64,000 nucleotides of DNA from NCBI GenBank assembly GCA_000004985.1, contig GG738856.1; one strand, given 5' to 3'. Below are positions 35,349 to 45,799 of the stretch, in pieces; the first letter of the stretch is position 1; every line of letters begins with the position of its first letter. Position numbers and translations under genes: made by a program. This DNA comes from Naegleria gruberi. Taxonomy: Eukaryota. Under the pieces are notes generated by a model that worked only from the letters and a program-made list of their open reading frames with translations, was not told where the DNA came from and did no database searches.

Positions 35349-35500
35349 TTTTGTTTGTTTTTTTTAATCGTTGTTGCCAATGAGAAACAACTATTTGATT
35401 GGTGAATGGTCAGCTTATTGGATAATTTGTGATATTACATTTTACAAAAGTTAAAGTACACCATGCCAATTATGAAGAGTGGATGTTGAGTTTTGGATTT

Positions 35501-36574
35501 TTAATTGAGAGAAACTTGATAAACATCAAAGTGATGATTTAGCTTTGAATTCTCATGGACGCAGTATTCTTGATTTACCTTATTGATTAGTCCACCAAAA
35601 TTATTTCCACATTCATGTACAAAGTATATTCTTCTAATTCTAGAGTGTAAGAGAGCCATTGCACACATACAGCAAGGTTCATGTGAAATAAATAAATCCA
35701 ATCCTTTGCAGAGGTAGGGAATTTCTGTACTCGGTGTGTTAGGTGGTAGCTTCTCAATTGTCTCTATACAGTATTGGGCAATGACATCCACACCAACAAC
35801 AGCACAGTGCCTCAGTGAGCATTTGAATTTTCCCAAATTTGAAAGAGTACCTTCTGTTTCTGAATAGTAAGGAGAGAAAAATGAATTTTTAGATTCGTCT
35901 AGGAATAATTCATCATGAATACTAGATTTAACAATTGTCTTGGTTTGTGGATTGAAAAATAACCCAGAAACTCGCTTACTCTTTTCAAATGAATCAATTA
36001 CTAGTTTTGTACATGTTTCTACAGATTTCTCATCGTGACTATTTACATTTAGTTCTGCTTTTGGATCTAATTTTGCCAATTGAAGTTCAGTTTCATATAA
36101 ATTAACAGTTTTAAGAGGCCAATATTGAGTATTCCATTCCTTCCACTGATATTTCAATTTAGGTCCATATTTTGGAATTTTAAAAAGTTTCAAAATTTTT
36201 TCTGCTTGTTGATGATCCGAACATTCTAAAATTGTTTTAAAAACATGATTTTCTTTTGTAAGTAATTCATCATCCGAGCTTTGAAAAACATTAGAAATCC
36301 ACCTCTGTAAATTTGTATTTTCATCAGTATCATCATCAATATTCAACAATGGATACAAAACACAATAAGTATCACTTCCAATAGTTTTAATTCTTTTAAT
36401 AAAATCTATATCACGAGCCTCCAATGGAAAATTCTTATTCAAATATTGAATCAAGCCTGAAGTTTTTGATTTATTTTCCACTCTTATCCCGATAATATTA
36501 ATCAACTCCAAATCGGTAATCTTCGGCTTGGTGTAGATGTTTTTAATTGATAACTGTGATGATGAATTTTCCAT
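35501..36574 (-). CDS. CMP/dCMP-deaminase zinc-binding domain protein, tRNA adenosine deaminase subunit TAD3/ADAT3-like
   Basis: C-terminal HCAVV...PCCMC (H-x-V...PC-x-x-C, Glu-less variant typical of ADAT3) with a long N-terminal domain. True ATG is at 36574 (MENSSSQ). The ORF-track start at 36610 uses an alternative TTG. Confidence 0.5.
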   Translation of the reverse strand: MENSSSQLSIKNIYTKPKITDLELINIIGIRVENKSKTSGLIQYLNKNFPLEARDIDFIKRIKTIGSDTYCVLYPLLNIDDDTDENTNLQRWISNVFQSSDDELLTKENHVFKTILECSDHQQAEKILKLFKIPKYGPKLKYQWKEWNTQYWPLKTVNLYETELQLAKLDPKAELNVNSHDEKSVETCTKLVIDSFEKSKRVSGLFFNPQTKTIVKSSIHDELFLDESKNSFFSPYYSETEGTLSNLGKFKCSLRHCAVVGVDVIAQYCIETIEKLPPNTPSTEIPYLCKGLDLFISHEPCCMCAMALLHSRIRRIYFVHECGNNFGGLINKVNQEYCVHENSKLNHHFDVYQVSLN

Positions 36575-36582
36575 ATTTTTTT

Positions 36583-36599
36583 TTTTTTTTAAATGCAAT
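36583..36599. repeat. target-site duplication, left copy (TTTTTTTTAAATGCAAT)
   Basis: Identical 17-mer recurs at 38013..38029, immediately flanking the LINE fragment. Confidence 0.6.
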
Positions 36600-38012
36600 G
36601 GGCAAGACAATTAGTAGTTTTATCCATCTAGCAAGAGGAAATTCAATTTCCAATCCTCGCCTACAAACAATTGACTCAACAATAAGGGGTAACCTAAAAA
36701 GATCAATGAAGATCGATGCAAAGGTAAAACCATCCACAATGTATGCACAATTCGAAAGAAAAGGACTAGAAATTCCAAACCTCGAATACATAGCCAACTC
36801 AATCCTTTGCAATAACTTAATCAACAAATTCCACTCAAGTAACCCACTTGTCAGAGAAGCAGTACAGTACGGAATTAATAACTGTAACACGAACAAAACA
36901 AAACTACACAACATATTTGAAAAATTCCACTACATCCTAAAACAACACAAACTTACCACAACAATATGTAACACCAATCATCAACTTCTGGAAAAGGAAA
37001 AAGATGAACAATACTCCTACTCAGAATTCACAATATGGACTGATGGATCCAAATCAGAAAACAAAGTAGGATTCAGTGTAATCATTCAGAACAACGAATT
37101 TACAAAAGGATACAAATACAAGCTCCACTCATACCACTCAAACAACATGGCTGAATTATCAGCAATTACAACAGCACTACACATCATACCACCAAACAGC
37201 AATGCAAAGGTACTCACTGACAGTGAAATAGCAGTCAAAATAATTTACAACACAAATTACAAAGGTCAATTTAAGCAAATCAAAGATGAAATTACCAACC
37301 TCATCAGCACTAAAAAACTTCAAGCATCCATCGAATGGACAAAAGCTCATACAGGAATAACAGATGGAAATAACTACGCTGATAAGAAAGCCAAACAAGC
37401 CTCAAGAATAGGACATCGAATTGCACCCCAACATCTACTAACTCAAGGGCAACTAATTATCACCAATTCGAAAAAAGTTTGGAAAAGTAGAATCAAAGGA
37501 GTACTTAGTGAAAAGCTCTACAATCAAGGAACATCCGAACTCATCAACAGAACAAATCTCAATTACCTCAAAGAACATACCACCCCAACTCACAAATACT
37601 CAATCTGGAGGCTCATGATAAATGGACACTTAAGAAGCCTCATAGTAGACAACCCACAATGCCCAACATGTAACAAAAACCTTGACACAGAACACCTCTT
37701 CATAGAATGCCCAGAAATGAATTCAGCTAGAAACTGGATGATTGAAGAAATCAAAAAAAATACCAATCTCGAACCAGTACTAAGCACAGAGAGGACAGAA
37801 ATATTAACACCAAACTCATTCCAACTGAATATCTTTGGTATTCTGACAGAACCTATTCAAGGTATTATCAAAGAACAATGGCCCAAGATACAAGGAGGCC
37901 TCTCACTTTTTGGAGGAAGAGTACAAAAACAATACAACAAAATCTTAAAAATTCAATAAGACGTTCCAAATGGACGAACCCGTCGGGTTCATTCGATTAA
38001 TAAACGTTTAAA
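36600..38012 (+). mobile_element. 5'-truncated non-LTR (LINE-like) retrotransposon copy: ORF2 C-terminal part (RNase H + Cys-His motif) plus 3' UTR
   Basis: Uninterrupted 453-codon ORF ending at 37959 with RNase H motifs TIWTDGS, AELSAI, HTGITDGNNYADKKAK and C-terminal CPTCNKNLDTEHLFIECPE. 3' UTR contains hairpin GAACCCG-T-CGGGTTC and AATAAA. Flanked by identical 17-bp direct repeats. Confidence 0.65.
37976..37990 (+). other. perfect 7-bp stem hairpin in LINE 3' UTR (GAACCCG T CGGGTTC)
   Basis: Direct reading of the sequence. Lies 17 nt after the ORF stop and before AATAAA. Confidence 0.6.
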
Positions 38013-38029
38013 TTTTTTTTAAATGCAAT
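38013..38029. repeat. target-site duplication, right copy (TTTTTTTTAAATGCAAT)
   Basis: See left copy at 36583..36599. Confidence 0.6.
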
Positions 38030-38350
38030 TTCAAAATTTATTTTTTAATCTTTTTGTAAAATATACAACAACAAACTGTAGTGAAAATTGTAAAGATTGC
38101 GACCTGTAATTTGAAAATATGTTCAATCTTGATACAATGTCGGAATTATTGCGCTCAGGAAGGGTAATTTCATTGTTTGACTTTAGATGTGTTCATTGTT
38201 GAAAAAGAGAAATAATTCCACAAACACAACATTTCAGTTCTTGCAAGGAACCATGCATAAGGTTGAGGGAACATATTTGGCACTAACCTGAAACTTCAAT
38301 TCTATTGTTTTTAATGACATTTTGTCCCAGTTGATCTATTTGAAAGACAG

Positions 38351-39016
38351 ATGCAACAATGTTTCTTTCACTCACTTATTCAAAAAATGTCTCAATATAA
38401 CCAATCTTTTACCACTCAACCTGGTTATCCTCAACCAGTTAATGTTCAACCATTGTCTTATAACCCTGCCATTCAACAATTTTCTCAACCACAATATGGT
38501 CAACCAATGAGCCCATCTCTGCAACCAAGTCCATCAACTCCAAATTCTTCTTTCACAAAGCAATCTGGAGGTTCTTTCCACATGCAACAAGATCCAGCTC
38601 TAATTCAATCAAACACACCAAGTCAACCAGTTCTCGAGTGTAAGAATTTGTTACCTTTTATTGTTAATGATAAGCTTGTAAAGAATACTTTTTGGGCAAC
38701 TGGTGGTAATATCCTAATCAAGATATTCATATTTGTTGTCAATAAGTTTATTCTCATGGGTTTAGGTGAAGCTCTGATGGTCAATTACATTACCAGAAGA
38801 GAAGTTAAAAACATGAGAATTGGTAACAGAATGTTGAGCTACAAATCAAGAGGAAACTTCAAGATGGCCCTCCTATGTGTTGTTAATTGGATATTGAACA
38901 TATTCTCATGTGGTTTATTCTACATTCTTGGTTATAGTCATATCATGTACCTTTCTCAACTCGATGCCAGAATTCACTGGGGAAAACCAGCTAAAATTTC
39001 CAAGAAGAGTCAATGA
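38351..39016 (+). CDS. hypothetical Pro/Gln/Tyr-rich N-terminus + hydrophobic segments (membrane protein), possibly 5' half of one gene with the next ORF
   Basis: ORF with PGYPQP..QPQYGQP region then TM-like segments and a ...NIFSCGLFYILGY motif. Stop overlaps the next ORF start (ATGA). Confidence 0.35.
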   Translation: MQQCFFHSLIQKMSQYNQSFTTQPGYPQPVNVQPLSYNPAIQQFSQPQYGQPMSPSLQPSPSTPNSSFTKQSGGSFHMQQDPALIQSNTPSQPVLECKNLLPFIVNDKLVKNTFWATGGNILIKIFIFVVNKFILMGLGEALMVNYITRREVKNMRIGNRMLSYKSRGNFKMALLCVVNWILNIFSCGLFYILGYSHIMYLSQLDARIHWGKPAKISKKSQ

Positions 39017-39648
39017 AAGAGGCAATTTGTTGGGAACCAATTGGTAATGGAATGGGTGAATTCAAGATATTTAGTGTATACTTGGGTGTTGGATTTGAAA
39101 TAATGTTCATCATTTTGTATTCACTCAATTTGGTTTCGTTTGGTTTACTTTCTCCACTATTGTACAAGATTTACTTCCCAGCCTACTTTGAGAAGGTTCA
39201 ATTGGGAAAGGGAAGATTTGCAGTCATTCATCCAAAGATGATTTCCTCAATTAATAAGCATGCCAAGAAGAGATCCAAATTGAAGAAGGAAAAAATTGAA
39301 CAACCAACAGAAGTTTATCCATGTGATTATCCAGTTTTAGGTTTTCCACCTCAACCTTCTCATGAAACATACAAACTTAAATTGAAATTTGTTCCAACTT
39401 TTTGTGAGTTGATCAAATTCTTTGTAACGATCAATGTTCTCAGCTTTGTGTCATGTGGATTATTTGTCAAGTGTTGCTTGGCAAATTATGCCAGAAATTA
39501 CATGAATAGAAATATTCATATTGAATTGGAATCAGTTCCATTAGAAGAGCTGCTCAATAATAATAATATCACAGTTTCAAATAATGAGATTGCATTGCAA
39601 CAAGTGACTGTAGTTGAAACTGTTATCATTCAACCTAATCAACAATAA
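39013..39648 (+). CDS. hypothetical membrane protein (second ORF of the pair; repeats the SCGLF-containing motif)
   Basis: Begins in the +1 frame at the ATGA overlap. Contains ...SFVSCGLFVKCCLANY similar to the upstream ORF. Confidence 0.35.
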   Translation: MKEAICWEPIGNGMGEFKIFSVYLGVGFEIMFIILYSLNLVSFGLLSPLLYKIYFPAYFEKVQLGKGRFAVIHPKMISSINKHAKKRSKLKKEKIEQPTEVYPCDYPVLGFPPQPSHETYKLKLKFVPTFCELIKFFVTINVLSFVSCGLFVKCCLANYARNYMNRNIHIELESVPLEELLNNNNITVSNNEIALQQVTVVETVIIQPNQQ

Positions 39649-39693
39649 ATATTACTTCAATTCTTATGAAATGAATTTATTCGATATGTTAAT

Positions 39694-39708
39694 TTTGGCG
39701 CCATTTTG
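39694..39708. promoter_or_regulatory. palindromic E2F-like site TTTTGGCGCCATTTT about 30 bp upstream of ORC2 ATG
   Basis: TTTGGCGC core on both strands. Confidence 0.4.
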
Positions 39709-39736
39709 AAATGTTGAACTTTTTAAAATAAAAAAA

Positions 39737-41086
39737 ATGAGCGCCAATAACACACTCACTATCAGCAATTTAATTTTTGTTGGTGATGAGGATGAATCTT
39801 TACAGGATAGATTTAACAAGATTGATCCGAGTATTCTGACTAAATATTCACGAGATTGTACCTTTAAAGAATATAGGCTTGTGGATTCGGATGATATTAC
39901 ATTGGATTCGGAGAAGGAAGATAAATTCTTCTCCACTCCTTTTGAACAATACAATTTACAGAAATTAATTAAAAAGACTAAAACATCGGCCAGTGATAAG
40001 GTTGTAATTTCGTTGGAAGATGTTGATTGTACAATTCCTTCTCATGATGACAAGTATTTTGAACCTGTTTCTTTTAAAACTAAAAGTGATAATTTAGTAT
40101 TGGAACGAGTGAATGAATGGATGCACTGTTTGAGATGTGATAATAATTTATTATTTTATGGATTAGGATCAAAGATTAATCCACTGAATCAATTAATGTA
40201 TTGCATGAAGGAAAGTGATGTGAATAGTTTCTTTGCAATTGTTTGTGGATATAATCCTGAAATTACAATCGGAATAATGTTGGATGACATTTTAAAGACA
40301 CATCTGAAAGAGAAGAATACTAAGAATTTATCATATGTGGAGAAAGTGGACACAATTATAAGAATAATGAATCAACGTAATGAATTGGCCAAACCTTTAC
40401 CTGATGATGAATTTGGTGATTTTGCAGAATTTATGAAAGATGAAGAGCCATCTACAAAACATGCCAAACAACATTTGTACATTTGCATTCATAATATTGA
40501 TGGACCAGGCCTTCGTTCTAAATCCACTCAACATTTACTCTCTGTTCTATCAAGTAATAGATATATTCACTTGATTTGTAGTGTAGATAATCAATTATCA
40601 AATTTATTATGGGAACCCTCAATTGAAGACAAGTTTGGCTTTATGAGATTCAATATTACCAACTTTTGTACATATTTTGCTGAATCTGAATATTACTCAT
40701 TACAAGATTTGTACAATGAATCATCTGATGGAAAGAAGAGTAGTGAAGAGAAATCACTTGGACCAGTTGAAATTGTTGCCAATATTTTAAAGTCAGCAAA
40801 CAAGAAACACAGACAAATTTACATGATTATTTGCAACAAATTTATTGAAAATGAAAAGTACAATGAATCGGAAGAAGGATCTAGCCAACCTAAACCTAGT
40901 GGCAGCACTCATCAAGAAATCAAATCTTCTATGGGTGTTTATTCAACAGATGATGCCTTGCTGAGAGATGGTTTGTCATATCTGGAAAATCAAATTAAGG
41001 TTATCAAGAAGAAGCAAAATACCTTTATTCCGACCTTGAAGCGAAATCAATGTGAAAAACTCTTGGTCATATTAAACAATTCATAA
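39737..41086 (+). CDS. ORC2: origin recognition complex subunit 2
   Basis: LLFYGLGSK...IHNIDGPGLRSKSTQHLLSVLSSNRYIHLICSVDNQLSNLLWE matches the ORC2 C-terminal domain (VHNIDGPMLR...IASIDH.NAPLLWD). Confidence 0.8.
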   Translation: MSANNTLTISNLIFVGDEDESLQDRFNKIDPSILTKYSRDCTFKEYRLVDSDDITLDSEKEDKFFSTPFEQYNLQKLIKKTKTSASDKVVISLEDVDCTIPSHDDKYFEPVSFKTKSDNLVLERVNEWMHCLRCDNNLLFYGLGSKINPLNQLMYCMKESDVNSFFAIVCGYNPEITIGIMLDDILKTHLKEKNTKNLSYVEKVDTIIRIMNQRNELAKPLPDDEFGDFAEFMKDEEPSTKHAKQHLYICIHNIDGPGLRSKSTQHLLSVLSSNRYIHLICSVDNQLSNLLWEPSIEDKFGFMRFNITNFCTYFAESEYYSLQDLYNESSDGKKSSEEKSLGPVEIVANILKSANKKHRQIYMIICNKFIENEKYNESEEGSSQPKPSGSTHQEIKSSMGVYSTDDALLRDGLSYLENQIKVIKKKQNTFIPTLKRNQCEKLLVILNNS

Positions 41087-41087
41087 T

Positions 41088-44000
41088 TTATTTGAGTTGT
41101 TTCAAACATTGTTCAATAGTATCCTTAGTCTTACTATTCTTGGTCTTTCTTTGAATGTATTCCAATAATTCAACATCACGAGCTTCAAAGGCAGCTTCAA
41201 CAGCCTCCTTGAATTTAAGTAAATTAATCCAATATTCAACTTTGGTTTCTAATGATTCAATTAGAGGAATGTACTTGAGTGCTTCATCAGATCTATCAGC
41301 TTCCAAACAAGCTTCAACAAATGGAATGTAACCAATTGGTGATTTCTTTGCAGTGGCAAATGTTTCTAATTTCTTCCATTCTCCCAAGAATACCAAAGCT
41401 TTGATTTTAGAATAATAATATCTCTTTGGGGAAACTCCAAAATTCTTTTTCAATACCTTGACAAACTTTTTTCTTTCTCCCTTTTTGGCTTTGAGAGCTT
41501 CACTTGTCATGACTCTGTACAGAGTATCTTGTAATGATGCTCCAACAAATTCTTCATCTGTTTCATCTTCCAATTTCAATTGCAACCCGTAGAGTTCTCT
41601 TTCCTTGACTGCAAACTCGAGGTCAAGCTTATCTGCTGATCTTTCCTTAAAGTAAGTTTCTGCCTTCTCAATATAATAGGCAAATCTCTCCTCTGCCTTA
41701 TCATCAACGGAATCGTAATTCTTATAGGCATGTCTAATTTGTGTAAAACCATTTTCTCTTGAGGCAGCTTCTTCATTTTGTTCATTCTTTAAATACTTGT
41801 AGAATTTTTCTAATTTCTTATACTTTCCAAGTTGTGTACAGTAGGAAATGAAAAGTTTTCTTGCCATCTTCTTGTCAGCAATCAATTCATACATGTAATA
41901 AGCATCAAAGAACTTCATCAAATAGAGTAATACAGTGTAAAGTAGATCAGTATCATTACTCTTTTGTGCCTTGTCTAATGCACTCAATGTCTCATGCATA
42001 GATAAGTAGAGTTTGATTTGAGAGTTAGCATTAGAATCTACTTCAAGGAGAGCCTTAGCTAACTTTGGCTTTTGAACCTTGTAAGCTTCCATGGCAATAT
42101 TTGAAAAACTGACACTTGCTGAGAATTTTTCCAAATTCTTAATAATGATATCCTTGAGTTTCAATTGAGAAGTTTCATTCTTATCTTCAATCTTACTTCT
42201 AATCATGGCTTTGGCCCAATGTTCTAATACTTTGGACTTTGCCAAATTCAAATAGTCACAAACCTTATAGGCCAACAAGTATTCACGCATTTCAGAGAGT
42301 CTCTGTACCAAAACTTGAGGAGAAAGTGAAAGAATTTGTTCATAAGTGATTGGAATTTCACTTCTACTTCTCAGTTCATTCATAAGTCTAATATATTTAC
42401 ATTTCAATTGGAATGCTTTTGCTTCATCAATGGTTGTTCTCATGAAATTCTTTCCATAAATGGCAGCATTTAATAATTGTTCTTGAATGTGAACATCAAA
42501 CTCTCTACAAGCAGCATCAATACACTTATTGACACCATCATACAATGCATCAACACTTTGATCTCCCATTTCCTTGTTTTTAATTTCTCTGATTGTCTTT
42601 AAACAAGTAGCTCTTTCATTGACATAATCAGAATAGGCATCATACAATAAGGCAGCAGGTGACAAGCTACCAATTCTGAAAACTTCAACAACACTTTCAG
42701 GAATACGTTCAATCATTTCTACACTTTGAGTAGTATAGTAACGACAGGAATCTATTTCTTGTGAGACAATGATTGGACCATCATATGTGAATGATTCATA
42801 GTGTCTGAAAATAATGTTATTAAATAAATGAAACAAATTAAACTTACCCAAAACAGTTCACTAATAATACAAGAGATTGATCACCACCTCCAATATTTTC
42901 TGGACTCCAATAGAGCATCATTGATTCACCTCCACAATAGGTTAGGGAATCCAATCGGTGTTCAGTAATTCCAGTGAAGAATTTCAAATAATTTGAAGTC
43001 AGAGCCAAATCAAATACAAATAAATTACCAGAAGCTTGATGGAATGCTGAAATGGTTTTGTAATCAGGTGAAACTGATATTTTAGTGAAACCAGAAGTAT
43101 CTCTTTCTGGAATATCTCCTTTCAATCTTTCATTCAATTTTAAATCCTTATATAAATTCGAATAACATGCAATAATTGACATTCTATCTGGAACTGAGAA
43201 GAGAACAAGTGGACCCTTACCAACTTTGAATGATTTGTTTTCAGCTGGTGCAATAGAAGTATTATTCACAACAGTTCTTTGATTTCTTCTTCCCAATAAA
43301 TTACTGAAAAATCCACCAGATTTCTCATTTGATGAAAGTGAAGGAGCCAAGTTGAGAGTTGGTTTTCTAATTGTTGCTGATCGACTTGTTGTAATTGATT
43401 TAGTATCTTCATCATCGTCCTCTTCTTCCTCTTCCTCTTCTTCATTTTCCTTTTCCTCACCACTCTTTTCATTCATGCTCCTTTTCAAATCATTGACTTT
43501 CTTTTTTCTGACTGTCAAATCAAAATTAGTTACAACAGACATTACAACGTGTGTTAATTCAGCATTATTTCCAACTGCACTCTTTGGGAAAATATATTCA
43601 TGGAAAGGTTTAGTTTCTGATAAATCATATGCTACAAGGAGACGTCTCTTTGATGTGAAAACTACACATCCTTCTCCATAAAATGTGTGAGCTCTAATTT
43701 CTTCTTCTGATTGTAAAGGAATTGAAATAAATGTTGCAGTACTTGAATTAGTATTATTATTATTCGAATCATTTTGATTCTTTTTCATTTTACTTTCCAT
43801 AAGTGGACTATCTTTCTTTTTATCAACGTCATCATTTTGCCATGGTCCTGAATATCTCTCACCATTAAATACATTAAATAATGATAAACGTTTTCTATTA
43901 TTTAAATTGAAAATCATAATTCACACCATCATCATCATCGTCATTAACAATTGATCAAATTTTCATCATCAATTAATACATCCACAACAATAAGATCATC

Positions 44001-44442
44001 CATAATTTTGATGAATAAATAGTAAAGTACAATAGAAATAGTTTAAACACATTCACTTTCTAATAAAAACCTACTTGGTCAAACACATTAATTTCATATC
44101 ATCGGTCCATCCAACACCAATCAATGGTTCTTCCTTTGTCATGTCAATTTTTCTCTGAAATTTACAAGCAGCATTATAAATGTAAATAATTTGAGATTCA
44201 CTAATGTTATTATTATTATTAGATGCAGATGATGAAGTATCTAATAAAGTATTTGTTGGTTTTTTAAATAGAGCAATTGGTCCACCAAATGGACAAACAG
44301 AAGTTTCATAATATGACAAATCCTTTAATTTTACTCCTTGATCATTGAACCACGTAATATTGTTGTATAGTGGTATTCTACGATAGTAGAAAAAGTTATT
44401 GTTATATTCTGTTAGTTGAATCCATGAGGCTGCAATACTCAT
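41088..44442 (-). CDS. VPS16: VPS16 (HOPS/CORVET core subunit), 3 exons complement(join(41088..42804,42848..43894,44075..44442))
   Basis: Exon 1 WIQLTEY..FFYYRRIPLY...FGGPIALFKK matches the Vps16 N-terminus. C-terminal AQKSNDTDLLYTVLLYL matches the Vps16_C motif. GTAGGT and GTAAGT donors, phases consistent. Introns 180 and 43 nt. Confidence 0.8.
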
Positions 44443-44703
44443 TTTTTTTTATGATACTGATTGACATGAACTGACATTTGAGGTCTACACTCAACAGAGC
44501 TTTTTTCATTAATCGATTCTTCTTTGGAAATAAGAGAGTAGTCCCAGATTTGATCTTTTGATTTCCAAATTGTTGTAAAAATTGAAAATATTGAAAATTA
44601 CATATTTACAATTTTTTTTAATTATTTTTTAAATTAGTTTTTTCTAAAGGCATTAATATCCACAATTATTATTATTATTATTATTTTAACATCATTTCCA
44701 AAA

Positions 44704-45387
44704 TTAACGAGGAACATATTTGGATGCAGGTGGGTTAATTGTTGAGGAACCCAAAATTTCTTGTTGTTCAGCATATTTAACAGAAATTCTGTTAAAAGCA
44801 TCTCTTTCAATCATTGTTCGTTCATCAGGTGAAATATCATTTGAACCTTTAAAGTTTTGATAATCCCTAATCATTCTCATTGTTAATTTTTCAACTTCAG
44901 AATTAAATTCAGTTGGATTTCTTCCGTAATAATATCCTTGATCTCTGTTTTGTAATTCCTTGTTATTAGTGAATAAGTCAAATACATATCTTCCTCCGAA
45001 ATAAAAAGCTTGACCTAAAACAAAAGAACCAAACAATAGGCCAATTCGTTTTTGAAGTGGTGTCATACCCTTCTTGAATTTTCCTTCATGAACACCTTTT
45101 CTAAGTGTTTTCAATGCTTGAGCACCGACATCACCACCATAAAAACCTTCAATTTTTGCTTCAACTCTTGCTTTGAAAGGCAAATCAGTGCCTTCCTGAA
45201 TGTATTTCTTTTGAATGGCTTCTCTTGTGAATTGTGAATATTCGGATTTTAATAATTCCTTTAAATTACTAGCAGCTGTTGCTGAAACCTTTGGTAAATC
45301 GGATGGTTTGGTAAAAGATGATGAAGAAGAAGATTCGGAAGATGATGACGATGTATTCTCCTTTTGATCCTGTTGTTGTGTACTCAT
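44704..45387 (-). CDS. hypothetical protein with Ser-rich N-terminus and one predicted TM helix (LLFGSFVLGQAFYFGG)
   Basis: Single 227-aa ORF. No recognisable domain. Confidence 0.35.
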   Translation of the reverse strand: MSTQQQDQKENTSSSSSESSSSSSFTKPSDLPKVSATAASNLKELLKSEYSQFTREAIQKKYIQEGTDLPFKARVEAKIEGFYGGDVGAQALKTLRKGVHEGKFKKGMTPLQKRIGLLFGSFVLGQAFYFGGRYVFDLFTNNKELQNRDQGYYYGRNPTEFNSEVEKLTMRMIRDYQNFKGSNDISPDERTMIERDAFNRISVKYAEQQEILGSSTINPPASKYVPR

Positions 45388-45799
45388 TTTTTTAAAAAAG
45401 CCTATTTATTGCACTTGGAGGCGATTTTTGGATAAAAATAAGAATGGAGGTATTGTTACTACTTTTTATGAACAATTTCAAGTATGCTAAGAAATAAACT
45501 TATTGCAAAATTATTGGTTTTTATTAGAAAGAAGCTAAATTTGTCTGTTGGAAATTGTGTTAGTTTTAAAATTCTCCTTTTATTAATAGACAACAACACA
45601 TCACCTATTGGAGCATTATTAGAACATTTCCCATTAAAATTCACTTTCAAAAAAACAAGATTTTTACTTGTTGTTGTTACAGGTTATTCGACTCCGATTG
45701 ATAGAACGAACTCTCCACTTTGTTGGTCGGTACATCATCTTCTTCTTCATCATTATTAATAGTATATTATTAATTGATTATTAATTTAAAACAGAAGAA

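Noticed and set aside
36547-36610. ORF-track start codons for the LINE ORF (36547) and the deaminase gene (36610)
   Set aside because: Both are alternative (non-ATG) or fortuitous starts. The LINE ORF simply reads through from host sequence. The deaminase ATG is at 36574.
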